Source: Blastocatellia bacterium (GTDB lineage: Bacteria; Acidobacteriota; Blastocatellia; UBA7656). From it: DNA of 64,000 nt. A program made the position numbers and the translations under genes. Location of the stretch: assembly GCA_963765495.1 (NCBI GenBank), contig CAVXWP010000001.1, forward strand, positions 768,001-832,000. The letters are read 5' to 3'. Numbering within the stretch: the first letter of the stretch is position 1; every line of letters starts with the position of its first letter. The notes under the pieces are model-generated. The model was not told the DNA's origin. It was given only the letters and a program-made list of their open reading frames with translations, and did not search any database. Shown piece by piece: positions 10,498 through 21,515 of the stretch.

Positions 10498-11997
10498 ATG
10501 AGCGAAGACTATGTACTCGCGCTCGATCAGGGCACAACCAGTTCGCGCGCCATTCTATTCGACAAATCCGGTCAGCCAGTCCACATAGCGCAGCAGGAAT
10601 TCGAGCAATTGTACCCGCAACCCGGATGGGTCGAGCATCGCCCCGAAGATATATGGAATTCACAACTCGACGCCGCCCGGCAGGTGCTCGCCCGCGCGGA
10701 TGTCAAGCCGGGTCAACTGGCCGCCATAGGCATAACCAACCAGCGCGAGACCACGCTGATCTGGGATCGCGAATCGGGCGAGCCAATTGCCAACGCCATA
10801 GTCTGGCAGTGCCGCCGCACAGCGGAAGAGTGCAATCGGCTGCGGCAGGAAGGGCTGGATCAGATATTTCAGCAGCGCACGGGGCTTGTGCTGGATGCTT
10901 ACTTTTCGGGGACAAAGGCGCGGTGGCTGCTTGATGAAATTCCTGATGCCCGCCGGAGGGCTGAGCGCGGACGCCTTGCCTTTGGCACGGTCGATTCGTG
11001 GCTGATATGGAAGCTCACGGGCGGGCGCATACACGCGACCGATCCGTCGAACGCGAGCCGCACATTGATGTTCAACATAGAGACCGGCGACTGGGATGAT
11101 GAACTGCTTGAGGCGCTCAAGGTCCCGCGCCAGATTCTTCCTCACGTTGCGCCTTCAAGCGCCATCCTGGGCGAGACGGACGAAGCGATATTTGGGCGCG
11201 CTATTCCGATAGCAGGGATCGCGGGCGATCAGCAGGCGGCGCTTTTCGGGCAGGCATGCACTTCTCCGGGGATGTCGAAAAACACCTACGGCACGGGCTG
11301 TTTTCTTTTGCTCAACACGGGCCGGGAACCTGTTGAGTCGGCGAGCAATTTGATCACGACCGTGGCATGGAAGATAGACGATGAGCCTATGGAGTATGCG
11401 CTCGAAGGCAGCATCTTTATCGCGGGCGCGGCCGTTCAGTGGTTGCGCGACGGGCTGAAGATAATCGAGACGGCTGCCGAGACCGAACAGATGGCCACAA
11501 GCCTCGAAGATAACGGCGGAGTCTATTTCGTCCCGGCCTTTGTAGGGCTTGGCGCTCCGCACTGGGACCCTTATGCGCGAGGTACGATCATAGGTTTGAC
11601 GCGCGGTTCCACACGCGAGCACATAGCGAGGGCGGCGCTCGAATCAATCGCCTATCAAACGCGGGATGTGCTCGACCGAATGAGGGAGGATTCAGGTGTA
11701 AAGTTGAGCGAGTTAAGAGTTGACGGGGGCGCAACCGCAAACGATTTTCTTATGCAATTCCAGGCCGACATACTTGGCATACCCGTAGTGCGACCGAAAA
11801 ATACGGAGACTACGGCGGCGGGCGCGGCCTATCTTGCGGGGCTCGCCACGGATTTCTGGCCCGATGTGAAGGGACTCAACGAGATGTGGCAGGCCGAACG
11901 GGTCTTCGAGCCTGAGATGAGTGAAACCGAGCGTGAGCGATTGCTGGAAGGATGGGAACGGGCAGTCGGGCGCGCGGGCAAATGGGTCTCTCCGTGA
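10498..11997 (+). CDS. glpK: Glycerol kinase
   Basis: [38 protein letters not shown] and [14 protein letters not shown]; RBS AGGAG. Confidence 0.97.
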   Translation: MSEDYVLALDQGTTSSRAILFDKSGQPVHIAQQEFEQLYPQPGWVEHRPEDIWNSQLDAARQVLARADVKPGQLAAIGITNQRETTLIWDRESGEPIANAIVWQCRRTAEECNRLRQEGLDQIFQQRTGLVLDAYFSGTKARWLLDEIPDARRRAERGRLAFGTVDSWLIWKLTGGRIHATDPSNASRTLMFNIETGDWDDELLEALKVPRQILPHVAPSSAILGETDEAIFGRAIPIAGIAGDQQAALFGQACTSPGMSKNTYGTGCFLLLNTGREPVESASNLITTVAWKIDDEPMEYALEGSIFIAGAAVQWLRDGLKIIETAAETEQMATSLEDNGGVYFVPAFVGLGAPHWDPYARGTIIGLTRGSTREHIARAALESIAYQTRDVLDRMREDSGVKLSELRVDGGATANDFLMQFQADILGIPVVRPKNTETTAAGAAYLAGLATDFWPDVKGLNEMWQAERVFEPEMSETERERLLEGWERAVGRAGKWVSP

Positions 11998-12046
11998 CTT
12001 CGAAGACTGGTCATGTCGGCAGCCGGTTGATAGAATTTTTTGAGTT

Positions 12047-13405
12047 ATGGAAGAGTCATCGCTATCAGCGATCCTGTTAAAGATTGGCGTAGTAATTCTG
12101 CTTGTGCTCAGCAACGGGTATTTCGTAGCCGCCGAATTCGCTATGGTGAGCGTTCGCCGATCACGCATAGCCGCGCTGGTTTCAGAAGGCAACAAACGCG
12201 CGCAGGCGGTTATGCGCGTGCTCGACGACATCACAGCCTTTATTTCCGCTGTTCAGTTTGGAATCACAGTAGCGAGCCTGGCGCTTGGCTGGCTGGGTGA
12301 GGCTACGTTTGCGCACCTGCTGGAACCGCTGTTTGAGCGCATAATGCCCGGCCCCGTTTCGGTGCTGATCGCCGCGCATTCGATTGCCACGGCATCGGCG
12401 CTTGCCGTTGTAACTTATCTCCATCTTCTGTTTGGCGAATTTATACCCAAGGCCCTGGCTCTGGAACGTACCGAAGCCATAGCGCTGGCGGTCGCCCGCC
12501 CGATGGAGGTCTTTTATCGAGTCTTTAAGGCTCCGATCTGGCTGATAAATAAATCGGGACAGGTGGGACTGCGGCTGCTCGGGCTTCACACTACGGATGA
12601 GCACGGCAAGGCGTACAGCGAAGAAGAGTTGCGCCAGTTGATCGCGGTCTCTCAGAAAAGCGGCCACCTGATAGAAGACGAGCGGCGGCTGATCTATAAC
12701 ATCTTCGATTTCACCGACGCGACGCTCGACGAAATCATGCTGCCGCGCACCGAAATCGAGGCGCTCGACGCCGATATGCCCGCCTCTGAAATGCTCGCGC
12801 TCTTTGCGCAACTGGGCTATTCGCGGATGCCCGTCTATCGCGGCTCGCTCGATAACACGATAGGCATTGCGCTCTACAAAGATCTGGTCAACCGCTCTTA
12901 CACGGGCCAGAGCTTCAATATCGAAGATATAATCCGCGAGGCGCTTTACCTGCCTACCTCCATGAGGCTCAACGATGCGTTGCGGAGTCTTCGTCAGTCG
13001 AACGCTCACATGGCGCTCGTCATAGACGAGCACGGAGGGGTCGAGGGGCTTGTGACGCTCGAAGATTTGATCGAAAAGATAGTGGGCGATATCCGCGACG
13101 AGCACGACGAGATAATGGTCCGCCAGATAGTCGAGCACCCGGACGGCAGCTATACCATAAGCGGGCGATTATCAATCAGAGAGGTGAACCGGCAATTGTC
13201 GCTCGGGCTTGCCGAATCCGACACCTATCACACCATCGCAGGATTTATGATGGCGCGCGCCGGGCGGCTCTTGAAATCCGATGAGAGCATAGATTACAAC
13301 GGCCTGCGACTGACGGTCGAATCCGCTACTCGCAATCGCATAGACGCAGCCCGAATCGAACGACTCAAAGACGAGCAGGCGCCCGCCTCGCCCGTCGCCA
13401 GTTAA
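12047..13405 (+). CDS. Hemolysin/TlyC-family CNNM-CBS-CorC_HlyC membrane protein (Mg/Co homeostasis family)
   Basis: NGYFVAAEFAMV, GEFIPK, YSRMPVY and DEHGGVEGLVTLEDLIEKIVGDIRDEHD. Confidence 0.92.
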   Translation: MEESSLSAILLKIGVVILLVLSNGYFVAAEFAMVSVRRSRIAALVSEGNKRAQAVMRVLDDITAFISAVQFGITVASLALGWLGEATFAHLLEPLFERIMPGPVSVLIAAHSIATASALAVVTYLHLLFGEFIPKALALERTEAIALAVARPMEVFYRVFKAPIWLINKSGQVGLRLLGLHTTDEHGKAYSEEELRQLIAVSQKSGHLIEDERRLIYNIFDFTDATLDEIMLPRTEIEALDADMPASEMLALFAQLGYSRMPVYRGSLDNTIGIALYKDLVNRSYTGQSFNIEDIIREALYLPTSMRLNDALRSLRQSNAHMALVIDEHGGVEGLVTLEDLIEKIVGDIRDEHDEIMVRQIVEHPDGSYTISGRLSIREVNRQLSLGLAESDTYHTIAGFMMARAGRLLKSDESIDYNGLRLTVESATRNRIDAARIERLKDEQAPASPVAS

Positions 13406-13417
13406 GAGACATCGGTG

Positions 13418-13472
13418 GAGGTTGATTTGAACGAAAGGCGAGTTGGAATAGGCCGTCCCGGCCTATTTCAAA
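13418..13472. repeat. Dispersed intergenic repeat, copy 3 / terminator-like hairpin
   Basis: gaggttgatttgaacgaaaggcgagttggaataggcc-gtccc-ggcctatttcaa. Confidence 0.7.
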
Positions 13473-13500
13473 TTCCATTATCTGGTGTCCGGCGCTCAGC

Positions 13501-13529
13501 TTGACCCGGATGTGCCTTTGCTGTAGCCT
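13501..13529 (+). promoter_or_regulatory. Putative sigma70 promoter
   Basis: TTGACC-17 nt-TAGCCT upstream of the ORF at 13567. Confidence 0.4.
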
Positions 13530-13566
13530 CAAACTTAAGGATTTAGAGAGTAGGAGGTAACAAATC

Positions 13567-13806
13567 ATGAGTGCAAATGCCAACACGAGCGCAGCCGAAG
13601 ATGTAAGACGAGCCTTTGGCGCTCTGCCTCTGGGAGAGAGGCTTTCAACGCTCATAAAAGTAGAGATGGATATGGTGGGAGATGTGGCAGACGCTATAGT
13701 TGCCGCGGCCTCAAGGGTCGCTGATGATATAGTAGACGCATGCGCCGGGCCTGATCAGGCGACTCAAGCGCCGTCTGATACCGCAGGCCAGGCTCCCACG
13801 AGTTAG
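13567..13806 (+). CDS. Small helical hypothetical protein
   Basis: Strong RBS AGGAGG; 79 aa; same strand as neighbours. Confidence 0.7.
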   Translation: MSANANTSAAEDVRRAFGALPLGERLSTLIKVEMDMVGDVADAIVAAASRVADDIVDACAGPDQATQAPSDTAGQAPTS

Positions 13807-13886
13807 ACTCGACGAACAAAACGCGGGCATAAATTATTTATGTCAGGCATCAATTATTGTGGTTCGAATCATCGGATGGATTGGTT

Positions 13887-14216
13887 ATGAGCGAAAGTAT
13901 TCAATTGCAGGACCCGCTTTTCAAGTTGATAGTTCGATTCAGCAACGGCGAGATGGTTCATCACGTCATGAATTCCCCGATTGATGAGCGCCTGATTGCG
14001 CCCGAGACCCGCTACGTTGTCATCAGTTCGTTCTCTTGCGAGAAACCGAGCGAATGCACCGATATAACGGTTATCAATCTCAAGGATGTGACCTTTATAA
14101 AGACCGAGCGGGTCACGCTCGATCAACTTGCGGGCGAGCGCCGCTCGGCAGGCATGCGCTCAGGCGGCGACGACGAGAGATTGCCCAGGAATCTGGCTCA
14201 GTTGAAATTCATTTAA
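13887..14216 (+). CDS. Hypothetical beta-rich protein
   Basis: 109 aa; its stop overlaps the ATG of the M28 peptidase (TAATG). Confidence 0.65.
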   Translation: MSESIQLQDPLFKLIVRFSNGEMVHHVMNSPIDERLIAPETRYVVISSFSCEKPSECTDITVINLKDVTFIKTERVTLDQLAGERRSAGMRSGGDDERLPRNLAQLKFI

Positions 14217-15214
14217 TGAAGCGATTCGGATTGGAAAACAGGATGGCAGTTGCGCTCAGTTTGTTACTTTTGATAATCAGCGCCGCCGGTTGTCAGGGGC
14301 AGGCGTCCTCGAAAACTTCAACCTCGGCCTCAAATGCTTCGGCTCTTTCCGGCAAGGAAAAGGTCGTGGGTGTTGATGCCGGTCGCGCCTACGAGCACAT
14401 GACAAAACTCGTAGCGATGGGCCCGCACCCGCCGGGGTCTGCGGCTATCAAAAAAGCCCAGGATTACATCAAAGCGGAAATCAAAGGCTACGGATTGCGC
14501 GTCATCGAAGACCGTTTCGACGCTCAGACGACAAAGGGCGTCGTGCCTATGAATAACATCATTGCCGAGCTTCCCGGACAAAAGACCGACACTATAATGA
14601 TCGCGGGCCACTACGACACAAAGCCGCAGGCAGGCTTTCTAGGCGCAAATGACGGCTGTTCGAGCACAGCCGCCGTGCTTGAGATGGCGCGTGTGCTTGC
14701 AAAATCGAAACCCGAATACACGCTCTGGTTTGTCTTCTTTGACGGCGAGGAAGCCTTTGTAGACTGGAACGCCAACGACGGCATGGATAACACATACGGC
14801 AGCCGCCATATGGCCTCGAAGATGAAGGCGGACGGCTCGATCAGCCGCATCAAAGCGCTTGTGCTGGTCGATATGATTGGAGATAAAGACCTGGACCTGC
14901 TCAAGGATTATGAATCGACTCCGTGGCTGATGGAGGCTATATGGAATACGGCCCAGCAGGCGGGGATGTCAAAGTATTTTCTGAAGGACGGGAGCGGGTA
15001 TTCGGACGACCATCTGGCGTTTAAGGAAGTGGGCGTCCCCGTAGTGGATATAATTGACTTCAATTACGGACCCGATAATTCTTACTGGCACACAGATAAA
15101 GACACGCTCGAACACGTCAGCGGCGAAAGCGTCAAGATCGTCTGCGACGTTGTGATCAAAGCTCTGCCCGAGATCTCAAAACACCTCAACAACTCAAACG
15201 GCGCGTCTCATTAG
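14216..15214 (+). CDS. M28-family metallopeptidase / glutaminyl cyclase-like lipoprotein
   Basis: Lipobox AAGC; GHYDTK, GANDG, FFDGEE, DMIG, SDDH and YWHT motifs. Confidence 0.88.
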   Translation: MKRFGLENRMAVALSLLLLIISAAGCQGQASSKTSTSASNASALSGKEKVVGVDAGRAYEHMTKLVAMGPHPPGSAAIKKAQDYIKAEIKGYGLRVIEDRFDAQTTKGVVPMNNIIAELPGQKTDTIMIAGHYDTKPQAGFLGANDGCSSTAAVLEMARVLAKSKPEYTLWFVFFDGEEAFVDWNANDGMDNTYGSRHMASKMKADGSISRIKALVLVDMIGDKDLDLLKDYESTPWLMEAIWNTAQQAGMSKYFLKDGSGYSDDHLAFKEVGVPVVDIIDFNYGPDNSYWHTDKDTLEHVSGESVKIVCDVVIKALPEISKHLNNSNGASH

Positions 15215-15241
15215 CTCGCTTTATCGCGCAGGAGGCGAATC

Positions 15242-16303
15242 TTGAAACGTGTAGCTGTCATCCCCGGCGACGGCATCGGGCCGGAGGTCATAAATGAAGC
15301 TGTCAAAACTCTGGAACTCGCAAGCCGGATATTCGGCTTCGATCTTGCCCTCACCGATTTCGACTGGGGAGCCGATAAGTATCTTACGACGGGCATCACC
15401 ATGCCCGAAGGCGGGCTTGAGATGCTCGCGCGCGAATACGACGCCATACTTGCCGGAGCATTCGGCGACCCCCGCGTGCCCGATAACAAACACGCGGCAG
15501 ACATCCTGCTCGGAATGCGGATGGGGCTCGACCTCTACATAAACCTTCGCCCGGTCAAACTGATAGACTCCCGCCTTTGCCCTCTCAAAGACCGCGCTCC
15601 AAAGGATGTGGATTTCGTGGTCTTTCGCGAGAACACCGAAGGGATGTATGTCTTCATGGGCGGCAATTTCAAGAAAAACTCAAGCGACGAGATAGCCGTT
15701 CAGGAAGAGGTCAACACCCGCAAAGGCGTCGAGCGAATAATAACTGCTGCCTTCGAATATGCCGCACGGCACGGTCGCAAGCGCGTGACGATGAGCGATA
15801 AATCGAACGTCTTAACCTACGGCCACGACCTCTGGCAGAGGACTTTCAAAGAGGTTGCCGCGCGTTTCCCCGACATCGAGGCCAATCACCTGTATGTAGA
15901 CGTGCTGGCGATGTGGATGGTGCTCGACCCTTCGAGGTTCGATTGTGTAGTGACCAACAACCTGTTTGGCGACATAGTGACCGATCTGGGTGCGGGCTTG
16001 CAGGGCGGATTGGGGATGGCCGCATCGGGCAATATTCATCCCGGGCGGGTGTCGCTTTTCGAGCCCGTGCACGGAAGCGCCCCGCAGTTTGCGGGCAAGA
16101 ACGTCTCTAACCCGATTGCCTCTGTGCTCACGGCGGCGATGATGCTCGAATACCTTGAACTCCCCGAACCGGCTCGCGCAATCGAAGCCGCCGTCGAAAA
16201 ATCTGTCGCGCTCGGCCAGACCACAAAAGACATAGGCGGCGGGCTTTCGACCACCGACGCGGGAGAAGCGATCAGGCGGCACCTGAAGGCTGCAACAGAC
16301 TAA
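15242..16303 (+). CDS. 3-isopropylmalate/tartrate dehydrogenase family protein
   Basis: IPGDGIGPEV, RENTEG, NLFGDIVTD and FEPVHGSAP; substrate cannot be determined from motifs. Confidence 0.88.
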   Translation: MKRVAVIPGDGIGPEVINEAVKTLELASRIFGFDLALTDFDWGADKYLTTGITMPEGGLEMLAREYDAILAGAFGDPRVPDNKHAADILLGMRMGLDLYINLRPVKLIDSRLCPLKDRAPKDVDFVVFRENTEGMYVFMGGNFKKNSSDEIAVQEEVNTRKGVERIITAAFEYAARHGRKRVTMSDKSNVLTYGHDLWQRTFKEVAARFPDIEANHLYVDVLAMWMVLDPSRFDCVVTNNLFGDIVTDLGAGLQGGLGMAASGNIHPGRVSLFEPVHGSAPQFAGKNVSNPIASVLTAAMMLEYLELPEPARAIEAAVEKSVALGQTTKDIGGGLSTTDAGEAIRRHLKAATD

Positions 16304-16330
16304 ACTCGTAAAAAATGAAAAAACCTGGGC

Positions 16331-16403
16331 AAGATTAACAGGATTAACAGGATTTTCTTTCAATCCTATTTCAGAAAACTTGTTAATCTTGTTAATCCTG
16401 TCT
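16331..16403. repeat. Inverted pair of 9-mer (CAGGATTAA) arrays
   Basis: aagattaacaggattaacaggatt ... cttgttaatcttgttaatcctgtc. Confidence 0.7.
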
Positions 16404-16438
16404 AAGATTCCGGCATCAATTTGCGAGGATAGTCAAAT

Positions 16439-17275
16439 ATGATAAGTCCGTTGCACATAGGAGTTCTCGTCGAAGCTCGCTATCTCGTTCAGAGTCAGCC
16501 TTCGGGCATGATTCGGGCTCTTAAGGCCGAGGGGCATCGTGTTGAGGTGATAGACCCGCAGACGGATGCCTATGTGTTGGGCGATGATCGATGGCTTGAA
16601 GGGTTTGACGTGGCGCTTGGGCGTGGGCGCAGCAACGCGTTGTTGTGTCTGCTTGCCTGGGCGGAATCCTTTGGCATCCCCGTCATCAACCGCGAAGCGG
16701 CAATCGCCTCCGTTTATGATAAAGCCGAAATGTCTGTGATTCTGGCAAGGGGCCGCATACAGACTCCGCGCACTTTTTTTGGCAGCATCGCTTCACTCGC
16801 CCGGCAGGTCTCCGAAGGTTTCTATCCGCTTATACTCAAACCTATCTTTGGCGATAATTCTCAAGGTTTGCTTGTAGTCTCTTCTCCCGAGGAGATGGCC
16901 GGGATAGAATGGCGAGACCCCGTGGCCCTCGCTCAGAGCTACCTGCCCACGGATGGATATGATGTGAAGCTTTACGGCATTGGCAATGAGGTATGGGTAG
17001 TGCGAAAACCGTCTCCGTTCAACAAGCCTGTTGAACCGATTACCGGCAAATCGGAGGCCGAGTTGCTGCCGCTCACGCCGGAGCTTGAAGCGCTTGGCAG
17101 GCGTTGCGGTCAATTGTTTGACCTTGAGCTTTACGGCGTTGATTGCATACTGACGGAAGAGGGGCCGCTCGTGATCGAGATAAACGAATTTCCGAATTAT
17201 ACGGGCGTGCCTGAGGCCGACCGCAGGCTTGCCGAGTACGTCACCGAGCGGGCGCGGCAGGAGCAATCAAAATGA
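16439..17275 (+). CDS. ATP-grasp enzyme 1 (RimK-fold, ITPK1-like motifs)
   Basis: PLILKP, AQSYL, DVKLYGIG..VWVVRKPS, LYGVD and VIEINEFPNYTGVP. Confidence 0.85.
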   Translation: MISPLHIGVLVEARYLVQSQPSGMIRALKAEGHRVEVIDPQTDAYVLGDDRWLEGFDVALGRGRSNALLCLLAWAESFGIPVINREAAIASVYDKAEMSVILARGRIQTPRTFFGSIASLARQVSEGFYPLILKPIFGDNSQGLLVVSSPEEMAGIEWRDPVALAQSYLPTDGYDVKLYGIGNEVWVVRKPSPFNKPVEPITGKSEAELLPLTPELEALGRRCGQLFDLELYGVDCILTEEGPLVIEINEFPNYTGVPEADRRLAEYVTERARQEQSK

Positions 17276-18102
17276 GGATCGCGATAATCGGAGTCCGCCA
17301 CAAGGAGGACCGCAAAAGCCCGCTGGTCGCTGAGCTTATCGGGTTGCTTTCCGAAAAAGGCGCAAGCGTGGATATGCTCTATCCCGAAGACGATCTGATT
17401 GATCTTGCGCGTGTGCGCGTCGCCTATGACCTCTATGTTTACAAATCGGGAACCGAGACGGCCTTTGCGCTTGCGGGGATTTTGAACGCGGCGGGCGCTC
17501 AGATACTCAACCCTTACAGCGTAGTGGCCGCGATGAAAGACAAGTTCATCGCCTCAAAAATCCTCGAAGCCGCGCGCATCCCGCTGCCCGAAGCCTACAT
17601 GGCGGCAGAGGCCGGTCAGCTTGCCGGGTTGCTTGACGGGGGGGCGCTTGTCGTCAAACCTTTCTGGGGGTCGCAGGGGCGCGGCGTTCAGGTGATACGA
17701 AACCTCGAAGAACTCGACCGGATAGAGACAGGGCAGGGGCCGATATTTGCGCAGCGCTACCACGAGCCTGACGGGCGCGACCGCAAGATATATTGCATAG
17801 GCGGAAAGCTCTTTGGCGTGATGCGGATTTTTCCGGCGCGAACATACGAAGAGAAACTCGGCGAGGTGTTCACACTCACAGACGAAATGCGCGACATCAC
17901 CGAGCGCGCGGGTCGGGCCTTTGGCATTGACCTGTTCGGGCTCGACATCATATTGAGCGACGGGCGTCCTTACGTGGTAGACATAAACACATTTCCCGGT
18001 TTCAAGGGAGTGCCGGAGGCGGCCCGCCTGCTTGCCGATTATATTTACGGCGCAGCCACGCGCGCGCTAAAAGGCGAGCCGTTGATCGAGGGTTGGGAGT
18101 GA
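17272..18102 (+). CDS. ATP-grasp enzyme 2 (RimK-fold, ITPK1-like motifs)
   Basis: YDLYVYK, LVVKP..GSQGRGV, DRKIYCIG, LFGLDII and VVDINTFPGFKGVP. Confidence 0.85.
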   Translation: MRIAIIGVRHKEDRKSPLVAELIGLLSEKGASVDMLYPEDDLIDLARVRVAYDLYVYKSGTETAFALAGILNAAGAQILNPYSVVAAMKDKFIASKILEAARIPLPEAYMAAEAGQLAGLLDGGALVVKPFWGSQGRGVQVIRNLEELDRIETGQGPIFAQRYHEPDGRDRKIYCIGGKLFGVMRIFPARTYEEKLGEVFTLTDEMRDITERAGRAFGIDLFGLDIILSDGRPYVVDINTFPGFKGVPEAARLLADYIYGAATRALKGEPLIEGWE

Positions 18103-18208
18103 ATTTGAAATTGATTTGAGGCCGAGACGCCTCAGATTGATTTGATTCACACGCGCTCATCTGAGATTTCAAATCTGAAATCTCAAACCTTTGGGGTGAG
18201 GAAAGATC

Positions 18209-19033
18209 ATGAGACTTTACTTTATGGTAGTCCGTCGCGTTCCGCCCGTGCCGAGCCCGGTGCTTGTGGAAGCCTACGAGATATTGCGACATCGCGGGTT
18301 CGAGATCGAATCCGGCATAGCCGAAGAGGTTCTGTTGCGGCCCGACGAACTGGTTCCCTCCTACGACCTCTACATACTCAAGTCGCACACGGAGTTGTCG
18401 CTCAGCCTGGCGGGGATTCTTTATACTCAGGGCGCGCGACTGCTAAACCCTTACGAGTCGTGCGCGCTGACGCAGAACAAACTCGTAGTCTCGCGGCTTT
18501 TGCAGAAGGCAAACGTCCCGGCCCCGCGCTCGTGGGTGACGGCTGACCTCTCGCTTTTGCGCGAAGTGGTCGAAGAGACGCCGCTTATAATCAAGCCATA
18601 CATGGGCCATCGCGGAGCCGGTATAGTCAAGGTGACAAACCCGGATGAGCTTATGGCGGTTCCAAACCCCGACGCGCCCGTGATAATTCAGGAGTACATC
18701 GAAGGCAGCGGCGAAGACCTGAAAATTTACGTAGTGGGCGAACAGGTCTTTGGCGTGCGTAAGCCGTTTTCGGAAACGAGCTTTACGGTGCCGGGCCGCC
18801 CCGTGCCGGTCTCGGATGAGGTGCGCGACCTGACCATACGCGCGGGCCGGGCTTGCGGGCTCGGGTTGTACGGGCTCGATGTTATCGAAAGCCCTCGCGG
18901 CCCGTTTGTCGTGGATGTGAATTACTTCCCCGGATATAAAGGCGTGCCCGATGTAGCGCCCATCATCGCCGATTATATCGAAGGCTACGCCCGCGAGCGG
19001 TTTACTCTCACCCCGCCCGCACCCGTTCAGTAA
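18209..19033 (+). CDS. ATP-grasp enzyme 3 (RimK-fold, ITPK1-like motifs)
   Basis: [34 protein letters not shown] and [14 protein letters not shown]. Confidence 0.85.
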   Translation: MRLYFMVVRRVPPVPSPVLVEAYEILRHRGFEIESGIAEEVLLRPDELVPSYDLYILKSHTELSLSLAGILYTQGARLLNPYESCALTQNKLVVSRLLQKANVPAPRSWVTADLSLLREVVEETPLIIKPYMGHRGAGIVKVTNPDELMAVPNPDAPVIIQEYIEGSGEDLKIYVVGEQVFGVRKPFSETSFTVPGRPVPVSDEVRDLTIRAGRACGLGLYGLDVIESPRGPFVVDVNYFPGYKGVPDVAPIIADYIEGYARERFTLTPPAPVQ

Positions 19034-19061
19034 CCCCGCGGATTTGCCGGGCAGACTCCGA

Positions 19062-20330
19062 ATGCGACTTAAGCCTGAACAGATAAACTCCTCTCTGCTG
19101 GTCCTACTCGCGGAGGGCTTTCTCTCAAGACTCAGCTTTGGGCTGATCAGCTTTGCCCTGCCGCTTTATGCCTACTATCTGGGGCTGAGCCTGACCGAAA
19201 TCGGATTGCTTGCCTCGCTCAACCTCGTGGTCGAACAGACGTTCAAACCTGTGATGGGCTGGGCGGCGGATCGATTCGGACTGAAGCGAAGCTTTACGAT
19301 TGCAATCGCGCTCAGAAGCGTAGTCGCCTTGATGCTTGCCTTCGCCTCCGCGCCGTGGCAATTGTACGCGATACGCATCGTTCACGGTTTATCGGAATCG
19401 CTGCGCGACCCGTCTGTCAATTCGCTTCTTGCAGATAACGGCACACCGAAAAATACCGCTTCGCATTTCGCGTGGTATTCGACCGCAAAGACCGTCGCGG
19501 GCTCGCTCGGCAAAACCACGGCGGGGTTGCTGCTCACTTTTACGGCTTACAATTATTCAAGGGTCTTTATGGTCGCGTTCGTTTTATCCGGGTTGCCGCT
19601 TTATGTCGTAGCCCGTTACGCGCGAGAGAGATCGTCGCTCGACCAATCAAAGAGCGGGCATACGTCTGAGGCGAGCGCCCCGCCTGAGGCTCTCGAAATT
19701 GAGAATACGACGGTCGCGGCCCCCGAGCGCATGGCGATATTTCCGGTCGCGGTGCTCGGGTTTCTGATCGCCTCCTCGGCAAACATGATGAGCAATCTGT
19801 TTCCAATTCTGGCAAAGGAGTACGCCGGATTGAGCGCGGCAGAAACGGGGCTGATCTATTCGATTTCGATAGCCGTTGTGATCGTTTCAGGACCGCTTTT
19901 CGGATGGCTTTCCGATAACGTCAGCCGAAAACTGGTGCTGATGGTGCGAGGCATTTCCAATACCATCTCTTCAATTCTTTTCATAATATTCCCGACCTTT
20001 GCCGGGATAGCCGTGGGCAAGGCCGTCGATGATCTCGGCAAATCGGCCTATCGCCCGGCATGGGGCGCGGTGATGGCACGCGTCTCGGGTTTCGACAGGC
20101 GGCGGCGGGCGCGTACCATCGGGTATCTGAGCATGGGCGAAGGGATTGGCGAGACCGTGGGCCCGGTGCTCGCAGGGTTGCTCTGGAACGTGTGGGGGGT
20201 GGGCGCGTTGCTTGGTGCGCGAGTGGCGCTTGCCCTCATCAGCGAAATCTATACGGTGATCGTTACAAGAGAGTTGGATAAGGGAAGCGAGCAGGTTGGA
20301 GCGAGACGTTTTATAATGCGTGATGCGTGA
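19062..20330 (+). CDS. MFS transporter
   Basis: About 12 hydrophobic segments; MFS motif A in both halves (GWAADRFGLKR, GWLSDNVSRK). Confidence 0.9.
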   Translation: MRLKPEQINSSLLVLLAEGFLSRLSFGLISFALPLYAYYLGLSLTEIGLLASLNLVVEQTFKPVMGWAADRFGLKRSFTIAIALRSVVALMLAFASAPWQLYAIRIVHGLSESLRDPSVNSLLADNGTPKNTASHFAWYSTAKTVAGSLGKTTAGLLLTFTAYNYSRVFMVAFVLSGLPLYVVARYARERSSLDQSKSGHTSEASAPPEALEIENTTVAAPERMAIFPVAVLGFLIASSANMMSNLFPILAKEYAGLSAAETGLIYSISIAVVIVSGPLFGWLSDNVSRKLVLMVRGISNTISSILFIIFPTFAGIAVGKAVDDLGKSAYRPAWGAVMARVSGFDRRRRARTIGYLSMGEGIGETVGPVLAGLLWNVWGVGALLGARVALALISEIYTVIVTRELDKGSEQVGARRFIMRDA

Positions 20331-20400
20331 TGCGTGAGTTTTGGAGTCCCAGTTAAAAAGAAACCATCTTTCAGATCACGCATCACGTATCACGCATCAT
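20316..20400. repeat. Inverted pair of heptamer (GTGATGC) arrays
   Basis: atgcgtgatgcgtgatgcgtga ... tcacgcatcacgtatcacgcatca; the first array supplies the MFS stop codon. Confidence 0.8.
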
Positions 20401-20478
20401 TGAGCGCATCACGGAGCGGCTGTGGTATAAGAATGAGCCAGACAGGCCGCACCCGTATGAGTCAGGAAAGGAAGCCTT

Positions 20479-21339
20479 ATGCGAATCTGTTTTTTGATGG
20501 AACCGCCCAGAAGCAAGACCTCTGTCACGCACGACATACTCGATGGCTTGAAAAGCGAAGGCGCTGATGTGGAGATAGTCACCGAGCGCACGGGGCTTGT
20601 TGACCTCGAAGGCTTCAAGTTTGACTACGACCTCTATCTTTTCAAGTCTCACTCGCCGCTTGCGGAGTCCTTAGCCGCCGCCGCTCATTACAGAGATTCT
20701 CTTTTGTTAAACGAATACCCGGCGACGATGAAGGTCCGCGATAAGGTGCTGACCTGCACGATGCTCTTGCAGGCGGGGCTGCCCACGCCGCGCACTTTTG
20801 TGACCGATTCGATAGAGACGCTTCGCCCGGTTGTGCGACGTATGCCGATAGTTGTAAAGCCTTATCGCGGCAGACGCGGGCAGGGAATAGAGGTTTGCAT
20901 GGATGAGGCTCAATTTGATGCGCTCATCAAGCGCCGCGCCGGAGAGTCTGTTTCAGATGACGAAGGCGGCGAAGACGGGACCGCGCTTGGCGAGCGGCTG
21001 ATCTTTGCTCAGGAATTTGAAGAACACGAGCCGTTCGATTATAAAGCCTACGCGATAGGCGATTATGTTCACGCGATAAAGCGGATATTTCCGGCCACGA
21101 CCAGAGAAGAAAAAGACGGCACGCCCGTTGGTGACGATCCCGAGCTTCAAGACCTTGTCAAGCGCACGGGCCGATTGTTTGGCCTCGAACTCTACGGCGT
21201 CGATCTGGTCAAGACGCCAAAGGGATTCTCGGTCATCGAAGTCAATTGTTTCCCCGGTTACAAAGGGGTTCCTCAGGCGGGCGAGCGCATAAGCAAATTT
21301 ATCGTGGATCGTGGCAGGCAACTTATTTCTGCGCGATAA
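20479..21339 (+). CDS. ATP-grasp enzyme 4 (RimK-fold, ITPK1-like motifs)
   Basis: [34 protein letters not shown] and [14 protein letters not shown]. Confidence 0.85.
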   Translation: MRICFLMEPPRSKTSVTHDILDGLKSEGADVEIVTERTGLVDLEGFKFDYDLYLFKSHSPLAESLAAAAHYRDSLLLNEYPATMKVRDKVLTCTMLLQAGLPTPRTFVTDSIETLRPVVRRMPIVVKPYRGRRGQGIEVCMDEAQFDALIKRRAGESVSDDEGGEDGTALGERLIFAQEFEEHEPFDYKAYAIGDYVHAIKRIFPATTREEKDGTPVGDDPELQDLVKRTGRLFGLELYGVDLVKTPKGFSVIEVNCFPGYKGVPQAGERISKFIVDRGRQLISAR

Positions 21340-21377
21340 TCTCTGACCTCGACGGCCACTAAATCAGCCGGTCCAGA

Positions 21378-21406
21378 TTGACAAACAAAAGGGCGAGGAG
21401 TAAAAC
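21378..21406 (+). promoter_or_regulatory. Putative sigma70 promoter
   Basis: TTGACA-17 nt-TAAAAC about 110 bp before the ATG at 21516. Confidence 0.55.
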
Positions 21407-21515
21407 GACGATGTTCACAAGCCATGCGTAAGCGCCCCAAACTCAGGCAGCAACGCTAACGGGCCGGACTCTCATTCAGGTTGTTTCCGGCTCTGTCGTT
21501 ATTAGGAGGAATTTT

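Noticed and set aside
12182-13138. 318-aa minus-strand ORF (similarly 9608-10318 and 59837-60760)
   Set aside because: Antisense to well-supported genes, which is typical of GC-rich coding DNA.
16439-21339. Graspetide (microviridin-like) RiPP cluster or plain RimK/LysX ligases
   Set aside because: No precursor with repeated Thr/Lys/Asp/Glu core motifs is nearby, and the D-x-R and FRSN/WR-type loop motifs of those ligases are absent. Disfavoured, but not excluded without a phylogeny.
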